This document shows positions 13,016-23,937 of a stretch of 64,000 nt of DNA, piece after piece. The stretch comes from Escherichia coli (lineage in GTDB: Bacteria; Pseudomonadota; Gammaproteobacteria; Enterobacterales; Enterobacteriaceae), in NCBI RefSeq assembly GCF_016026235.1, contig NZ_CP065613.1; one strand, given 5' to 3'. Each line of letters opens with the position of its first letter. Position 1 is the stretch's first letter. The notes beneath the pieces are model-generated. The model did not search any database. It saw nothing but the letters and a program-made list of their open reading frames with translations, and was not told the origin of the DNA. The position numbers were made by a program, and so were the translations under genes.

Positions 13016-13091
13016 GGGTCGTTAGCTCAGTTGGTAGAGCAGTTGACTTTTAATCAATTGGTCGCAGGTTCGAATCCTGCACGACCCACCA
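13016..13091 (+). tRNA. lysY: tRNA-Lys (anticodon UUU)
   Basis: identical to lysT copy. Confidence 0.97.
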
Positions 13092-13118
13092 ATTTTAACA
13101 TCAAACTCAGATGTTAAG

Positions 13119-13189
13119 CGTGAAGGATAACGTTGCGCCAGCAACGGCCCGAAGGGCGAGCGAAGCGAGTCATCCTGCACGACCCACCA
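13119..13189 (+). repeat. spacer repeat copy 3 with tRNA-Lys 3'-end fragment
   Basis: cgtgaaggataacgttgcgccagcaacggcccgaagggcgagcgaagcgagtcatcctgcacgacccacca. Confidence 0.8.
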
Positions 13190-13237
13190 ATCTTAAAGAT
13201 TGGCCCCGAGTAAAAATCTTTCAGGTAACACCCGTAT

Positions 13238-13313
13238 GGGTCGTTAGCTCAGTTGGTAGAGCAGTTGACTTTTAATCAATTGGTCGCAGGTTCGAATCCT
13301 GCACGACCCACCA
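13238..13313 (+). tRNA. lysZ: tRNA-Lys (anticodon UUU)
   Basis: identical to lysT copy. Confidence 0.97.
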
Positions 13314-13346
13314 TCCTGAATGATTAAAGCAGCATAATCCCGCAAG

Positions 13347-13422
13347 GGGTCGTTAGCTCAGTTGGTAGAGCAGTTGACTTTTAATCAATTGGTCGCAGGT
13401 TCGAATCCTGCACGACCCACCA
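13347..13422 (+). tRNA. lysQ: tRNA-Lys (anticodon UUU)
   Basis: identical to lysT copy. Confidence 0.97.
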
Positions 13423-13426
13423 ATGT

Positions 13427-13455
13427 AAAAAAGCGCCCTAAAGGCGCTTTTTTGC
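13427..13455 (+). terminator. rho-independent terminator of the lysT tRNA operon
   Basis: aaaaagcgccctaaaggcgcttttttg: GC stem plus T-run right after lysQ. Confidence 0.85.
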
Positions 13456-13609
13456 TATTCAGGCATCTCTCAATTTCAATTCTTGACCCTGATGACATAC
13501 TCCGCGCTTGCTGCGTAAACAACTTTACGTCGGAGGAATAAGACGCAAAGTGTGGCATTCGGCATCTCATACGTAATTCGAGTGACTTTTCCCCACCATT
13601 CGACTATCT

Positions 13610-13627
13610 TGTTTAGCATATAAAACA
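13610..13627. promoter_or_regulatory. NadR-type operator (NAD box) upstream of nadA
   Basis: palindrome tgtttagcatataaaaca (TGTTTA..TAAACA type) about 75 bp upstream of nadA. Confidence 0.6.
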
Positions 13628-13699
13628 AATCACGCCGATAACAGCGAATATCACGCTAATGTCGGTTTTAACGTTAAGCCTGTAAAACGAGATGGTAAG

Positions 13700-14743
13700 A
13701 TGAGCGTGATGTTTGATCCAGACACGGCGATTTATCCTTTCCCCCCGAAGCCGACGCCGTTAAGCATTGATGAAAAAGCGTATTACCGCGAGAAGATAAA
13801 ACGTCTGCTAAAAGAACGTAATGCGGTGATGGTTGCCCACTACTATACCGATCCCGAAATTCAACAACTGGCAGAAGAAACCGGTGGCTGTATTTCTGAT
13901 TCTTTGGAAATGGCGCGCTTCGGTGCAAAGCATCCCGCCTCTACGTTGTTAGTCGCTGGGGTGAGATTTATGGGAGAAACCGCCAAAATTCTCAGTCCGG
14001 AAAAAACAATTCTGATGCCGACACTTCAGGCTGAATGTTCACTGGATCTCGGCTGCCCTGTTGAAGAATTTAACGCATTTTGCGATGCCCATCCCGATCA
14101 TACTGTCGTCGTCTACGCCAACACTTCTGCTGCGGTAAAAGCGCGGGCAGATTGGGTGGTAACTTCAAGCATTGCCGTCGAACTTATTGATCATCTGGAT
14201 AGTTTGGGTGAAAAAATCATCTGGGCACCCGACAAACATCTGGGGCGTTACGTGCAAAAACAGACGGGCGCAGACATTTTATGCTGGCAGGGTGCCTGCA
14301 TTGTGCATGATGAATTTAAGACTCAGGCGTTAACCCGCTTGCAAGAAGAATACCCGGATGCTGCCATACTGGTGCATCCAGAATCACCACAAGCTATTGT
14401 CGATATGGCGGATGCGGTCGGTTCCACCAGTCAACTGATCGCTGCTGCGAAAACATTGCCACATCAGAGGCTTATTGTGGCAACCGATCGGGGTATTTTC
14501 TACAAAATGCAGCAGGCGGTGCCAGATAAAGAGTTACTGGAAGCACCAACCGCGGGTGAGGGCGCAACCTGCCGCAGCTGCGCGCATTGTCCGTGGATGG
14601 CCATGAATGGCCTTCAGGCTATCGCAGAGGCATTAGAACAGGAAGGAAGTAATCACGAGGTTCATGTCGATGAGAGGCTGCGAGAGAGGGCGCTGGTGCC
14701 GCTCAATCGTATGCTGGATTTTGCGGCTACACTACGTGGATAA
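13700..14743 (+). CDS. nadA: quinolinate synthase NadA
   Basis: 347 aa; [22 protein letters not shown]...; conserved Cys ligands; synteny nadA-pnuC. Confidence 0.95.
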   Translation: MSVMFDPDTAIYPFPPKPTPLSIDEKAYYREKIKRLLKERNAVMVAHYYTDPEIQQLAEETGGCISDSLEMARFGAKHPASTLLVAGVRFMGETAKILSPEKTILMPTLQAECSLDLGCPVEEFNAFCDAHPDHTVVVYANTSAAVKARADWVVTSSIAVELIDHLDSLGEKIIWAPDKHLGRYVQKQTGADILCWQGACIVHDEFKTQALTRLQEEYPDAAILVHPESPQAIVDMADAVGSTSQLIAAAKTLPHQRLIVATDRGIFYKMQQAVPDKELLEAPTAGEGATCRSCAHCPWMAMNGLQAIAEALEQEGSNHEVHVDERLRERALVPLNRMLDFAATLRG

Positions 14744-14780
14744 CGAATAATAAGGCGTAACGTTACGCTTTGGGGGAAAG

Positions 14781-15500
14781 ATGGATTTTTTTAGTGTGCA
14801 GAATATCCTGGTACATATACCAATAGGGGCGGGCGGTTATGATCTCTCATGGATCGAAGCGGTAGGCACGATCGCCGGGTTGCTGTGTATTGGCCTTGCC
14901 AGTCTGGAGAAGATCAGCAACTACTTCTTTGGCCTGATCAACGTCACCTTGTTTGGCATTATTTTCTTTCAGATTCAGCTGTATGCCAGCCTGCTATTAC
15001 AGGTGTTTTTCTTTGCCGCGAATATTTACGGTTGGTATGCGTGGTCGCGACAAACCAGTCAGAACGAGGCGGAGTTGAAAATTCGCTGGTTGCCATTGCC
15101 GAAGGCGCTAAGCTGGTTGGCGGTTTGCGTTGTTTCGATTGGTCTGATGACGGTATTTATCAATCCGGTGTTTGCATTTTTGACCCGCGTGGCAGTCATC
15201 ATCATGCAAGCATTAGGATTACAGGTTGTAATGCCTGAACTGCAACCGGACGCTTTCCCGTTCTGGGATTCATGCATGATGGTGTTATCTATCGTGGCAA
15301 TGATTCTGATGACGCGTAAGTATGTGGAAAACTGGCTGTTGTGGGTGATTATTAACGTGATTAGCGTCGTTATTTTTGCACTTCAGGGCGTTTACGCCAT
15401 GTCTCTGGAGTACATCATCCTGACCTTTATTGCGCTCAACGGCAGCCGGATGTGGATCAACAGCGCACGTGAAAGAGGCTCACGCGCGCTGTCCCATTAA
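14781..15500 (+). CDS. pnuC: nicotinamide riboside transporter PnuC
   Basis: 239-aa polytopic membrane protein; 3' end overlaps convergent zitB by 4 nt. Confidence 0.93.
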   Translation: MDFFSVQNILVHIPIGAGGYDLSWIEAVGTIAGLLCIGLASLEKISNYFFGLINVTLFGIIFFQIQLYASLLLQVFFFAANIYGWYAWSRQTSQNEAELKIRWLPLPKALSWLAVCVVSIGLMTVFINPVFAFLTRVAVIIMQALGLQVVMPELQPDAFPFWDSCMMVLSIVAMILMTRKYVENWLLWVIINVISVVIFALQGVYAMSLEYIILTFIALNGSRMWINSARERGSRALSH

Positions 15501-16438
15501 TGGTGATGATGTGAATGGCCAGACACCCCTTCATTCAGGTGGCAGTCTGGCCCATGACAAGGTTGATATTCCATCTGAATGGTGGCGTGCTCAATCTGAT
15601 AGTGATCCATCAGGTAGTGTTGGATCTGATCCAACAAGGCATCGTGATCGTGTGGCGGGATCACCTGCACATGCAACGTCATCACCGGCTTCTCGCCTAC
15701 CATCCATACATGCACATGGTGCACATTGCGGACTTCCGGGATTTCCCGGCACATACGACGCTTCAGTTCAGCGATATCCAGCGATACCGGTGCACCCTCA
15801 AGTAATTCATTCACGCTATCTTTCAACAGTCGCCACGCGCTACGCAGAACCAGAAGCGACACCAGTATCGAGAGAATGGGGTCAGCAGGTGTCCAGCCGG
15901 TCCAGATAATAATCAACGCGGCAATAATAGCCCCAACCGAACCCAGCAGGTCCCCGAGCACATGCAGTGCCGCTGCGCGCACGTTGAGGTTTTTCTCTTC
16001 GCTGCCGTGATGAAGTAACCAGAAAGAAAGTATATTTGCCAGCAACCCAGCCACGGCAATTGCCATCATCATGCCGCCCTCGACCGGACGCGGCGTGCGG
16101 AAGCGTTCAATCGCCTCCCAGACAATCAAAATGGTAATTACCACGAGGGCGATGGCATTCACAAACGCCGCGAGCGTGGTCAGTCTTAGCCAACCGAAAG
16201 TGTGGCGAATGGTGGGAGGACGACGTGAAAATTGCACGGCGAGTAGGGCGAAAAGCAGGGCGGCAGTATCGGTCAACATATGACCCGCATCGGCCAGCAA
16301 AGCCAGAGAACCAGAAAGAAAACCACCAATGACTTCTACCAGCATAAACCCGGCAGTCACGCCGAAAGCATACAACAAGCGACGAGCATTATTATCTTCT
16401 GGCAGGTGTGAGGACGTGTGTGAGTGTGAGTGCGCCAT
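15497..16438 (-). CDS. zitB: zinc efflux transporter ZitB (cation diffusion facilitator)
   Basis: 313 aa; [11 protein letters not shown]... His-rich termini, CDF TM core. Confidence 0.93.
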   Translation of the reverse strand: MAHSHSHTSSHLPEDNNARRLLYAFGVTAGFMLVEVIGGFLSGSLALLADAGHMLTDTAALLFALLAVQFSRRPPTIRHTFGWLRLTTLAAFVNAIALVVITILIVWEAIERFRTPRPVEGGMMMAIAVAGLLANILSFWLLHHGSEEKNLNVRAAALHVLGDLLGSVGAIIAALIIIWTGWTPADPILSILVSLLVLRSAWRLLKDSVNELLEGAPVSLDIAELKRRMCREIPEVRNVHHVHVWMVGEKPVMTLHVQVIPPHDHDALLDQIQHYLMDHYQIEHATIQMEYQPCHGPDCHLNEGVSGHSHHHH

Positions 16439-16497
16439 GACGAGTCATCCCTTAATTATTCTCACTTAACTTTATGACATCTTACTGCTTTTAGAAG

Positions 16498-16530
16498 GGA
16501 AAAATTAAAAGGGAGAGACTCCGCTCTCCC
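16498..16530 (-). terminator. rho-independent terminator downstream of ybgS
   Basis: gggagag-actccg-ctctccc hairpin; on the minus strand it is followed by a T-rich tract. Confidence 0.5.
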
Positions 16531-16551
16531 ATTATTGGCTATTTTGCAGGG

Positions 16552-16932
16552 TTACTGCGTAGTACCGTCGGTTTTGGTATCGACATCATTATTGATGCCA
16601 TCACCGGTTTGTACCTTTTTATTGATATCCGGGCAGCGACCATCTTTGCACATGGTGTTCTTGTGCTCTTCATATTTGGTCATGCCATCATTGTTCATTG
16701 AAGAACCATCCGGATGCAGCATAGTGCCGCCAGAACCGGTATTTACCCCGTTATTGTCGACGTTATTTGGCGCGACATTTTCACGGGCGTCAGGGGCTAC
16801 CTGGCCCGCATCAGCTGCGGCGTTTGCCTGGCCGTTATTGGTTTGCGCTCCGCTATCGGCAGCCAGTGCGGCACCGCTGGCAAGGCTTAGAGTGGCAGTC
16901 AGAAATAGTGTGGCCAGTTTTGTCATTTTCAT
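16552..16932 (-). CDS. ybgS: secreted low-complexity protein YbgS
   Basis: 126 aa, signal peptide [24 protein letters not shown] then Asn/Gly/Asp-rich region. Confidence 0.85.
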   Translation of the reverse strand: MKMTKLATLFLTATLSLASGAALAADSGAQTNNGQANAAADAGQVAPDARENVAPNNVDNNGVNTGSGGTMLHPDGSSMNNDGMTKYEEHKNTMCKDGRCPDINKKVQTGDGINNDVDTKTDGTTQ

Positions 16933-17159
16933 AGGATGCTCCTGTTATGGTCGTTATGTCGGATAACCTCTTCCAACAGTGCATTTGCAGGTGAATATAA
17001 GGCATTGGTTTAAGATTTCAGCCAGGCAAAGAAATCCAGCAGAGAATCTTGAAATAATTAACAAACAAAGGAGTTACAGTTAGAAATTGTAGGAGAGATC
17101 TCGTTTTTCGCGACAATCTGGCGTTTTTCTTGCTAATTCCAGGATTAATCCGTTCATAG

Positions 17160-17177
17160 TGTAAAACCCCGTTTACA
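17160..17177. promoter_or_regulatory. TyrR box upstream of aroG
   Basis: tgtaaaaccccgtttaca = TGTAAA-N6-TTTACA, about 70 bp upstream of the aroG start. Confidence 0.65.
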
Positions 17178-17247
17178 CATTCTGACGGAAGATATAGATT
17201 GGAGGTATTGCATTCACTAAGATAAGTATGGCAACACTGGAACAGAC

Positions 17248-18300
17248 ATGAATTATCAGAACGACGATTTACGCATCAAAGAAATCAAAGAGTTACTTCC
17301 TCCTGTCGCATTGCTGGAAAAATTCCCCGCTACTGAAAATGCCGCGAATACGGTTGCCCATGCCCGAAAAGCGATCCATAAGATCCTGAAAGGTAATGAT
17401 GATCGCCTGTTGGTGGTGATTGGCCCGTGCTCAATTCATGATCCTGTCGCGGCTAAAGAGTATGCCACTCGCTTGCTGGCGCTGCGTGAAGAGCTGAAAG
17501 ATGAGCTGGAAATCGTAATGCGCGTCTATTTTGAAAAGCCGCGCACCACGGTGGGCTGGAAAGGGCTGATTAACGATCCGCATATGGACAATAGCTTCCA
17601 GATCAACGACGGTTTGCGTATTGCCCGTAAATTGCTGCTCGATATTAACGACAGCGGTCTGCCAGCTGCGGGTGAATTCCTCGATATGATCACTCCTCAG
17701 TATCTCGCTGACCTGATGAGCTGGGGCGCAATTGGTGCACGTACCACGGAATCGCAGGTGCACCGCGAACTGGCGTCTGGTCTTTCTTGTCCGGTAGGTT
17801 TTAAAAATGGCACAGACGGTACGATTAAAGTGGCTATCGATGCCATTAATGCCGCCGGTGCGCCGCACTGCTTCCTGTCCGTAACTAAATGGGGGCATTC
17901 GGCGATTGTGAATACCAGCGGTAACGGCGATTGCCATATCATTCTGCGCGGCGGTAAAGAGCCTAACTACAGCGCGAAGCACGTTGCTGAAGTGAAAGAA
18001 GGGCTGAACAAAGCAGGTCTGCCAGCTCAGGTGATGATCGATTTCAGCCATGCTAATTCGTCCAAACAATTCAAAAAGCAGATGGATGTTTGTGCTGACG
18101 TTTGCCAGCAGATTGCCGGTGGCGAAAAGGGCATTATCGGTGTGATGGTGGAAAGTCATCTGGTTGAAGGCCATCAGAGCCTGGAGAGCGGGGAGCCGCT
18201 GGCCTATGGTAAGAGCATCACCGATGCCTGCATTGGCTGGGAAGATACCGATGCTCTGTTACGTCAACTGGCGAACGCAGTGAAAGCGCGTCGCGGGTAA
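17248..18300 (+). CDS. aroG: DAHP synthase, Phe-sensitive
   Basis: 350 aa; MNYQNDDLRIKEIKELLPPVALLEKFPATENAANTVAHARKAIHKILKGNDDRLLVVIGPCSIHDP... Confidence 0.96.
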   Translation: MNYQNDDLRIKEIKELLPPVALLEKFPATENAANTVAHARKAIHKILKGNDDRLLVVIGPCSIHDPVAAKEYATRLLALREELKDELEIVMRVYFEKPRTTVGWKGLINDPHMDNSFQINDGLRIARKLLLDINDSGLPAAGEFLDMITPQYLADLMSWGAIGARTTESQVHRELASGLSCPVGFKNGTDGTIKVAIDAINAAGAPHCFLSVTKWGHSAIVNTSGNGDCHIILRGGKEPNYSAKHVAEVKEGLNKAGLPAQVMIDFSHANSSKQFKKQMDVCADVCQQIAGGEKGIIGVMVESHLVEGHQSLESGEPLAYGKSITDACIGWEDTDALLRQLANAVKARRG

Positions 18301-18340
18301 GGTTTCATTGTTGGATGCGCCGCATGGATGGCGCATCCGA

Positions 18341-18380
18341 TGAATAACCGTAGGTCTGATAATATGCGAGCGTCGCATCA
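18341..18380. repeat. REP (repetitive extragenic palindrome)-like element
   Basis: cgtaggtctgataa...gcgtcgcatcaggc motif typical of REP units, between aroG and gpmA. Confidence 0.5.
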
Positions 18381-18409
18381 GGCAGTGCTTCGTGGTTAGC
18401 GACGAAAAA

Positions 18410-18450
18410 CAAAAAAGCCGACTCATTTGCAGTCGGCTTTCTCATTTTTA
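18410..18450. terminator. bidirectional rho-independent terminator between convergent aroG and gpmA
   Basis: aaaaaagccgact-catttgc-agtcggcttt flanked by A-run on one side and T-rich tract on the other. Confidence 0.7.
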
Positions 18451-18462
18451 AGCGAATAACGT

Positions 18463-19215
18463 TTACTTCGCTTTACCCTGATTAGCAACCGCCGCTGCTT
18501 TCGCCGCGATCTCGTCAGCATTACCCAGATAATAACGTTTCAGCGGTTTGAAGTTCTCGTCGAACTCATATACCAGCGGCACGCCAGTCGGGATATTCAG
18601 CTCAAGAATCTCTTCTTCGCTCATGTTATCGAGATATTTCACCAGCGCACGTAACGAGTTACCGTGTGCAGCGATGATTACGCGCTCACCGCTCTTCATA
18701 CGCGGCAGAATGGTTTCATTCCAGTAAGGGATCACGCGGTCAATAGTCAGCGCCAGGCTTTCAGTCAGCGGCAGCTCTTTCTCGCTTAGTTTCGCGTAAC
18801 GCGGATCGTGACCCGGATAACGCTCATCATCTTTGGTCAGTTCCGGCGGAGTCACTGCAAAACCACGACGCCACTGTTTCACCTGCTCGTCGCCATACTT
18901 TTCAGCAGTTTCCGCTTTGTTCAGACCCTGCAACGCACCGTAGTGACGTTCGTTCAGTTTCCAGGATTTCTCAACGGGCAGCCATGCCTGATCCAGTTCG
19001 TCCAGCACATTCCACAGGGTATGGATAGCACGTTTCAGCACAGAGGTGTAAGCAAAGTCAAAGCTGTAACCTTCCTCTTTCAGCAGCTTACCTGCTGCTT
19101 TTGCTTCGCTTACGCCTTTCTCAGACAGATCCACGTCGTACCAACCGGTGAAACGGTTTTCTTTGTTCCACTGACTTTCGCCATGACGAACCAGAACCAG
19201 CTTAGTTACAGCCAT
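18463..19215 (-). CDS. gpmA: 2,3-bisphosphoglycerate-dependent phosphoglycerate mutase
   Basis: [31 protein letters not shown]... (RHGE motif); ORF-track start is 5 codons upstream. Confidence 0.95.
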
Positions 19216-19392
19216 ATACTTACTCCTCAAATCATCTTTTAATGATAATAATTCTCATTATATTGCCGTGACGAAGCAACAGCAATGCTTACGCATAACC
19301 ATAGCGAAAATAGTGTCGCAGTGTAAGGTTGTTGTGAATATTGAGTTGCAAATATGTCGGTGTTTGCTGGTGATTTGAACAATACAAGGGGA

Positions 19393-19414
19393 AAGCCCTC
19401 ATCGCGAGGGCTTA
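19393..19414 (-). terminator. hairpin downstream of galM (probable gal operon terminator)
   Basis: aagccctc-atcgc-gagggctt inverted repeat just past the galM stop. Confidence 0.45.
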
Positions 19415-19417
19415 AAC

Positions 19418-20458
19418 TTACTCAGCAATAAACTGATATTCCGTCAGGCTGGAATACTCTTCACCAGGATGCAGGAAGCAGTCCGGTTGCGGCCATTCAG
19501 GGTGGTTCGGGCTGTCCGGCAGAAACTCGCTTTCCAGAGCCAGCCCTTGCCAGTCGGCGTAAGGTTCGGTTCCCCGCGACGGTGTGCCGCCGAGGAAGTT
19601 GCCGGAGTAGAATTGCAGAGCCGGAGCGGTGGTGTAGACCTTCAACTGCAATTTTTCATCTGCTGACCAGAGATGTGCCGCCACTTTTTTGCCATCGCCT
19701 TTGGCCTGTAACAAGAACGCGTGATCGTAACCTTTCACTTTGCGCTGATCGTCGTCGGCAAGAAACTCACTGGCGATGATTTTGGCGCTGCGGAAATCAA
19801 AAGACGTTCCGGCGACAGATTTCAGGCCGTCGTGCGGAATGCCGCCTTCATCAACCGGCAGATATTCGTCCGCCAGAATCTGCAACTTGTGATTGCGCAC
19901 GTCAGACTGCTCGCCGTCAAGATTGAAATAGACGTGATTAGTCATATTCACCGGGCAAGGTTTATCAACTGTGGCGCGATAAGTAATGGAGATACGGTTA
20001 TCGTCGGTCAGACGATATTGCACCGTCGCGCCGAGATTACCCGGGAAGCCCTGATCGCCATCATCTGAACTCAGGGCAAACAGCACCTGACGATCGTTCT
20101 GGTTCACAATCTGCCAGCGACGTTTGTCGAACCCTTCCGGGCCGCCGTGCAATTGGTTGACGCCCTGACTTGGCAACAGCGTCACGGTTTCACCGTCAAA
20201 GGTATAACGGCTATTGGCGATGCGGTTAGCATAACGACCAATAGAGGCCCCCAGAAACGCGGCCTGATCCTGATAGCATTCCGGGCTGGCACAGCCGAGC
20301 AGCGCCTCGCGGACGCTGCCATCGGAAAGCGGAATACGGGCTGAAAGTAAAGTCGCACCCCAGTCCATCAGCGTGACTACCATCCCTGCGTTGTTACGCA
20401 AAGTTAACAGTCGGTACGGCTGACCATCGGGTGCCAGTGCGGGAGTTTCGTTCAGCAC
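19418..20458 (-). CDS. galM: galactose mutarotase (aldose 1-epimerase)
   Basis: 346 aa; [43 protein letters not shown]... Confidence 0.95.
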
Positions 20459-21600
20459 TGTCCTGCTCCTTGTGATGGTTTACAAACGTAAAAAGTCTCT
20501 TTAATACCTGTTTTTGCTTCATATTGTTCAGCGACAGCTTGCTGTACGGCAGGCACCAGCTCTTCCGGGATCAGCGCGACGATACAGCCGCCAAATCCGC
20601 CGCCGGTCATGCGTACGCCACCTTTGTCGCCAATCACAGCTTTGACGATTTCAACCAGAGTGTCAATTTGCGGCACGGTGATTTCGAAATCATCGCGCAT
20701 AGAGGCATGAGACTCCGCCATCAACTCGCCCATACGTTTCAGGTCGCCTTGCTCCAGCGCGCTGGCAGCTTCAACGGTACGGGCGTTTTCAGTCAGGATA
20801 TGACGCACGCGTTTCGCCACGATTGGGTCCAGCTCATGTGCAACAGCGTTGAACTCTTCAATGGTGACATCGCGCAGAGCTGGCTGCTGGAAGAAACGCG
20901 CACCGGTTTCGCACTGTTCACGACGGGTGTTGTATTCGCTGCCAACCAGGGTACGTTTGAAGTTACTGTTGATGATGACGACAGCCACACCTTTCGGCAT
21001 GGAAACTGCTTTGGTCCCCAGTGAGCGACAGTCAATCAGCAAGGCGTGATCTTTTTTGCCGAGCGCGGAAATAAGCTGATCCATGATCCCGCAGTTACAG
21101 CCAACAAACTGGTTTTCTGCTTCCTGACCGTTAAGCGCGATTTGTGCGCCGTCCAGCGGCAGATGATAAAGCTGCTGCAATACGGTTCCGACCGCCACTT
21201 CCAGTGAGGCGGAAGAACTTAACCCGGCACCCTGCGGCACGTTGCCGCTGATCACCATGTCCACGCCGCCGAAGCTGTTGTTACGCAGTTGCAGATGTTT
21301 CACCACGCCACGAACGTAGTTAGCCCATTGATAGTTTTCATGCGCGACAATGGGCGCATCAAGGGAAAACTCGTCAAGCTGATTTTCATAATCGGCTGCC
21401 ATTACGCGAACTTTACGGTCATCGCGTGGTGCACAGCTGATCACGGTTTGATAATCAATCGCGCAGGGCAGAACGAAACCGTCGTTGTAGTCGGTGTGTT
21501 CACCAATCAAATTCACGCGGCCAGGCGCCTGAATGGTGTGAGTGGCAGGGTAGCCAAATGCGTTGGCAAACAGAGATTGCGTTTTTTCTTTCAGACTCAT
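20452..21600 (-). CDS. galK: galactokinase
   Basis: 382 aa; GHMP kinase motifs ([23 protein letters not shown]); looks full length. Confidence 0.96.
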
Positions 21601-21603
21601 TTC

Positions 21604-22650
21604 TTACACTCCGGATTCGCGAAAATGGATATCGCTGACTGCGCGCAAACGCTCTGCTGCCTGTTCTGCCGTCAGATCACGCTGGGTTTCTGCCAGCATT
21701 TCATAACCGACCATAAATTTACGTACGGTGGCGGAGCGCAACAGAGGCGGATAAAAGTGCGCGTGCAGCTGCCAGTGTTGATTCTCTTCGCCATTAAATG
21801 GCGCGCCGTGCCAGCCCATAGAGTAGGGGAAGGAGCACTGGAAGAGGTTGTCATAACGACTGGTCAGCTTTTTCAACGCCAGCGCCAGATCGCTGCGCTG
21901 GGCGTCGGTCAAATCGGTGATCCGTAAAACGTGGGCTTTGGGCAGCAGTAGCGTTTCGAACGGCCAGGCAGCCCAGTAAGGCACTACGGCTAACCAGTGT
22001 TCGGTTTCAACAACGGTACGGCTACCGTCTGCCAGCTCGCGCTGAACATAATCCACCAGCATTGGTGATTTCTGCTCGGCAAAATATTCTTTTTGCAGGC
22101 GGTCTTCGCGCTCAGCTTCGTTAGGCAGGAAGCTATTTGCCCAAACCTGTCCGTGCGGATGCGGGTTAGAGCAGCCCATCGCCGCGCCTTTATTTTCAAA
22201 GACCTGCACCCATGGGTACGTTTTCCCCAGTTCTGCGGTTTGCTCCTGCCAGGTTTTGACGATTTCCGTCAATGCCGCAACACTGAGCTCTGGCAGCGTT
22301 TTACTGTGATCCGGTGAAAAGCAGATCACCCGGCTGGTACCGCGCGCGCTCTGGCAACGCATCAAAGGATCGTTGCTTTCTGGCGCATCTGGCGTGTCAG
22401 ACATCAAGGCCGCAAAGTCATTAGTGAAAACGTAAGTCCCGGTGTAATCGGGGTTTTTATCGCCTGTCACCCGCACATTACCTGCGCAGAGGAAGCAATC
22501 TGGATCGTGCGCAGGTAACACCTGTTTGGCTGGCGTTTCCTGCGCCCCCTGCCAGGGGCGCTTAGCGCGGTGCGGTGAAACCAGAATCCATTGCCCGGTG
22601 AGCGGGTTGTAGCGGCGATGTGGATGATCAACGGGATTAAATTGCGTCAT
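21604..22650 (-). CDS. galT: galactose-1-phosphate uridylyltransferase domain; here in the same ORF as galE because the galE stop codon is absent
   Basis: C-terminal 348 aa of the 704-aa ORF starting [35 protein letters not shown]...; HPH motif present. Confidence 0.9.
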   Translation of the reverse strand: MTQFNPVDHPHRRYNPLTGQWILVSPHRAKRPWQGAQETPAKQVLPAHDPDCFLCAGNVRVTGDKNPDYTGTYVFTNDFAALMSDTPDAPESNDPLMRCQSARGTSRVICFSPDHSKTLPELSVAALTEIVKTWQEQTAELGKTYPWVQVFENKGAAMGCSNPHPHGQVWANSFLPNEAEREDRLQKEYFAEQKSPMLVDYVQRELADGSRTVVETEHWLAVVPYWAAWPFETLLLPKAHVLRITDLTDAQRSDLALALKKLTSRYDNLFQCSFPYSMGWHGAPFNGEENQHWQLHAHFYPPLLRSATVRKFMVGYEMLAETQRDLTAEQAAERLRAVSDIHFRESGV

Positions 22651-22659
22651 GGTCGTTCC

Positions 22660-23676
22660 TTTATCGGGATATCCCTGTGGATGGCGTGACTGCCAGTGCC
22701 AGGTGTCCTGCGCCATTTCATCGAGTGTGCGCGTTACGCGCCAGTTCAGTTCACGGTCGGCTTTGCTGGCGTCCGCCCAGTAGGCCGGAAGGTCGCCCTC
22801 GCGACGCGGTGCAAAATGATAGTTAACCGGTTTGCCGCAGGCTTTGCTGAAGGCATTAACCACGTCCAGCACGCTGCTGCCTACGCCAGCACCGAGGTTG
22901 TAGATGTGTACGCCTGGCTTGTTCGCCAGTTTTTCCATCGCCACGACGTGACCGTCCGCCAGATCCATTACGTGGATGTAATCGCGTACGCCAGTACCGT
23001 CTTCGGTCGGATAATCGTTACCAAAAATCGCCAGCGAGTCGCGACGGCCTACAGCAACCTGGGCGATGTATGGCATCAGGTTATTCGGAATGCCTTGCGG
23101 ATCTTCGCCCATATCGCCCGACGGATGCGCGCCAACCGGGTTGAAGTAGCGCAGCAGGGCAATGCTCCAGTCCGGCTGGGCTTTTTGCAGATCGGTGAGG
23201 ATCTGTTCCACCATCAGCTTGCTTTTGCCGTAAGGGCTTTGCGGTGTGCCGGTCGGGAAGCTTTCAACGTATGGAATTTTGGGCTGATCGCCATAAACGG
23301 TGGCGGAGGAGCTAAAAATAAAGTTTTTGACGTTAGCGGCGCGCATGGCGCTAATCAGGCGCAGAGTACCGTTGACATTGTTGTCGTAATATTCCAGCGG
23401 TTTTTGTACCGATTCGCCAACGGCTTTCAGCCCGGCGAAGTGGATCACGGTGTCGATAGCGTGATCGTGCAGGATCTCGGTCATCAACGCTTCGTTACGG
23501 ATATCGCCTTCAACAAACGTTGGATGTTTGCCGCCTAAACGCTCGATAACAGGCAGTACGCTGCGCTTACTGTTACAGAGGTTATCAAGAATGATGACAT
23601 CATGACCGTTTTGCAGTAATTGCACACAGGTATGACTTCCAATGTAACCGCTACCACCGGTGACCAGAACTCTCAT
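22660..23676 (-). CDS. galE: UDP-glucose 4-epimerase; its terminal codon reads AAA (Lys) instead of a stop, giving an in-frame GalE-KGTT-GalT read-through ORF
   Basis: [21 protein letters not shown]... to ...[13 protein letters not shown] (338 aa), then KGTT and the GalT Met in the same frame; ORF-track ORF 21604..23718 spans both. Confidence 0.9.
23642..23657. promoter_or_regulatory. gal internal operator OI (GalR/GalS site) inside galE
   Basis: atgtaaccgctaccac (coding strand GTGGTAGCGGTTACAT) about 20-35 nt into galE. Confidence 0.7.
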
Positions 23677-23750
23677 AATTCGCTCCATTAGGCTTATGGT
23701 ATGAAATAACCATAGCATAACAAAGATGCGAAAAGTGTGACATGGAATAA
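23677..23750 (-). promoter_or_regulatory. gal P1/P2 promoter region with CRP site
   Basis: coding strand reads ...AATTTATTCCATGTCACACTTTTCGCATCTTTGTTATGCTATGGTTATTTCATACCATAAGCCTAATGGAGCGAATTATG, the classic gal regulatory sequence. Confidence 0.75.
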
Positions 23751-23754
23751 ATTA

Positions 23755-23770
23755 GTGGAATCGTTTACAC
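23755..23770. promoter_or_regulatory. gal external operator OE (GalR/GalS site)
   Basis: gtggaatcgtttacac (coding strand GTGTAAACGATTCCAC) upstream of gal promoters. Confidence 0.75.
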
Positions 23771-23937
23771 AAGAGTTTAGCCATTTTTTATGTGCGATTA
23801 AGTGATTATAAAACAGAGGCTTTATGAATGATTGCGCTTTTTATCTGAAAAAAAGACGCGGTTTCATGTCTGCATGCGTCGAACCGTTGGCCGGATAGGG
23901 CGCTTAGGCCGCCTCCGGCAAGGTCAGCACTACCGAC

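Noticed and set aside
12499-13237. Possible CRISPR array because of regularly spaced repeats
   Set aside because: The repeats are tRNA genes and spacer repeats of a tRNA operon with irregular spacing, no cas genes and no CRISPR-like repeat structure.
17431-18174. 247-aa ORF antisense to aroG; similar antisense ORFs in galE (22696-23538), int (30467-31261), RecE-like gene (33912-34328) and zitB (15430-15909)
   Set aside because: Shadow ORFs opposite confidently identified genes; no independent start signals.
23831-23937. GC-rich palindromic segment between the gal promoter and the modF end (gccggatagggcgcttaggccgcctccggc)
   Set aside because: It resembles a REP-like or terminator hairpin, but I could not match it confidently to the REP consensus; left unannotated.
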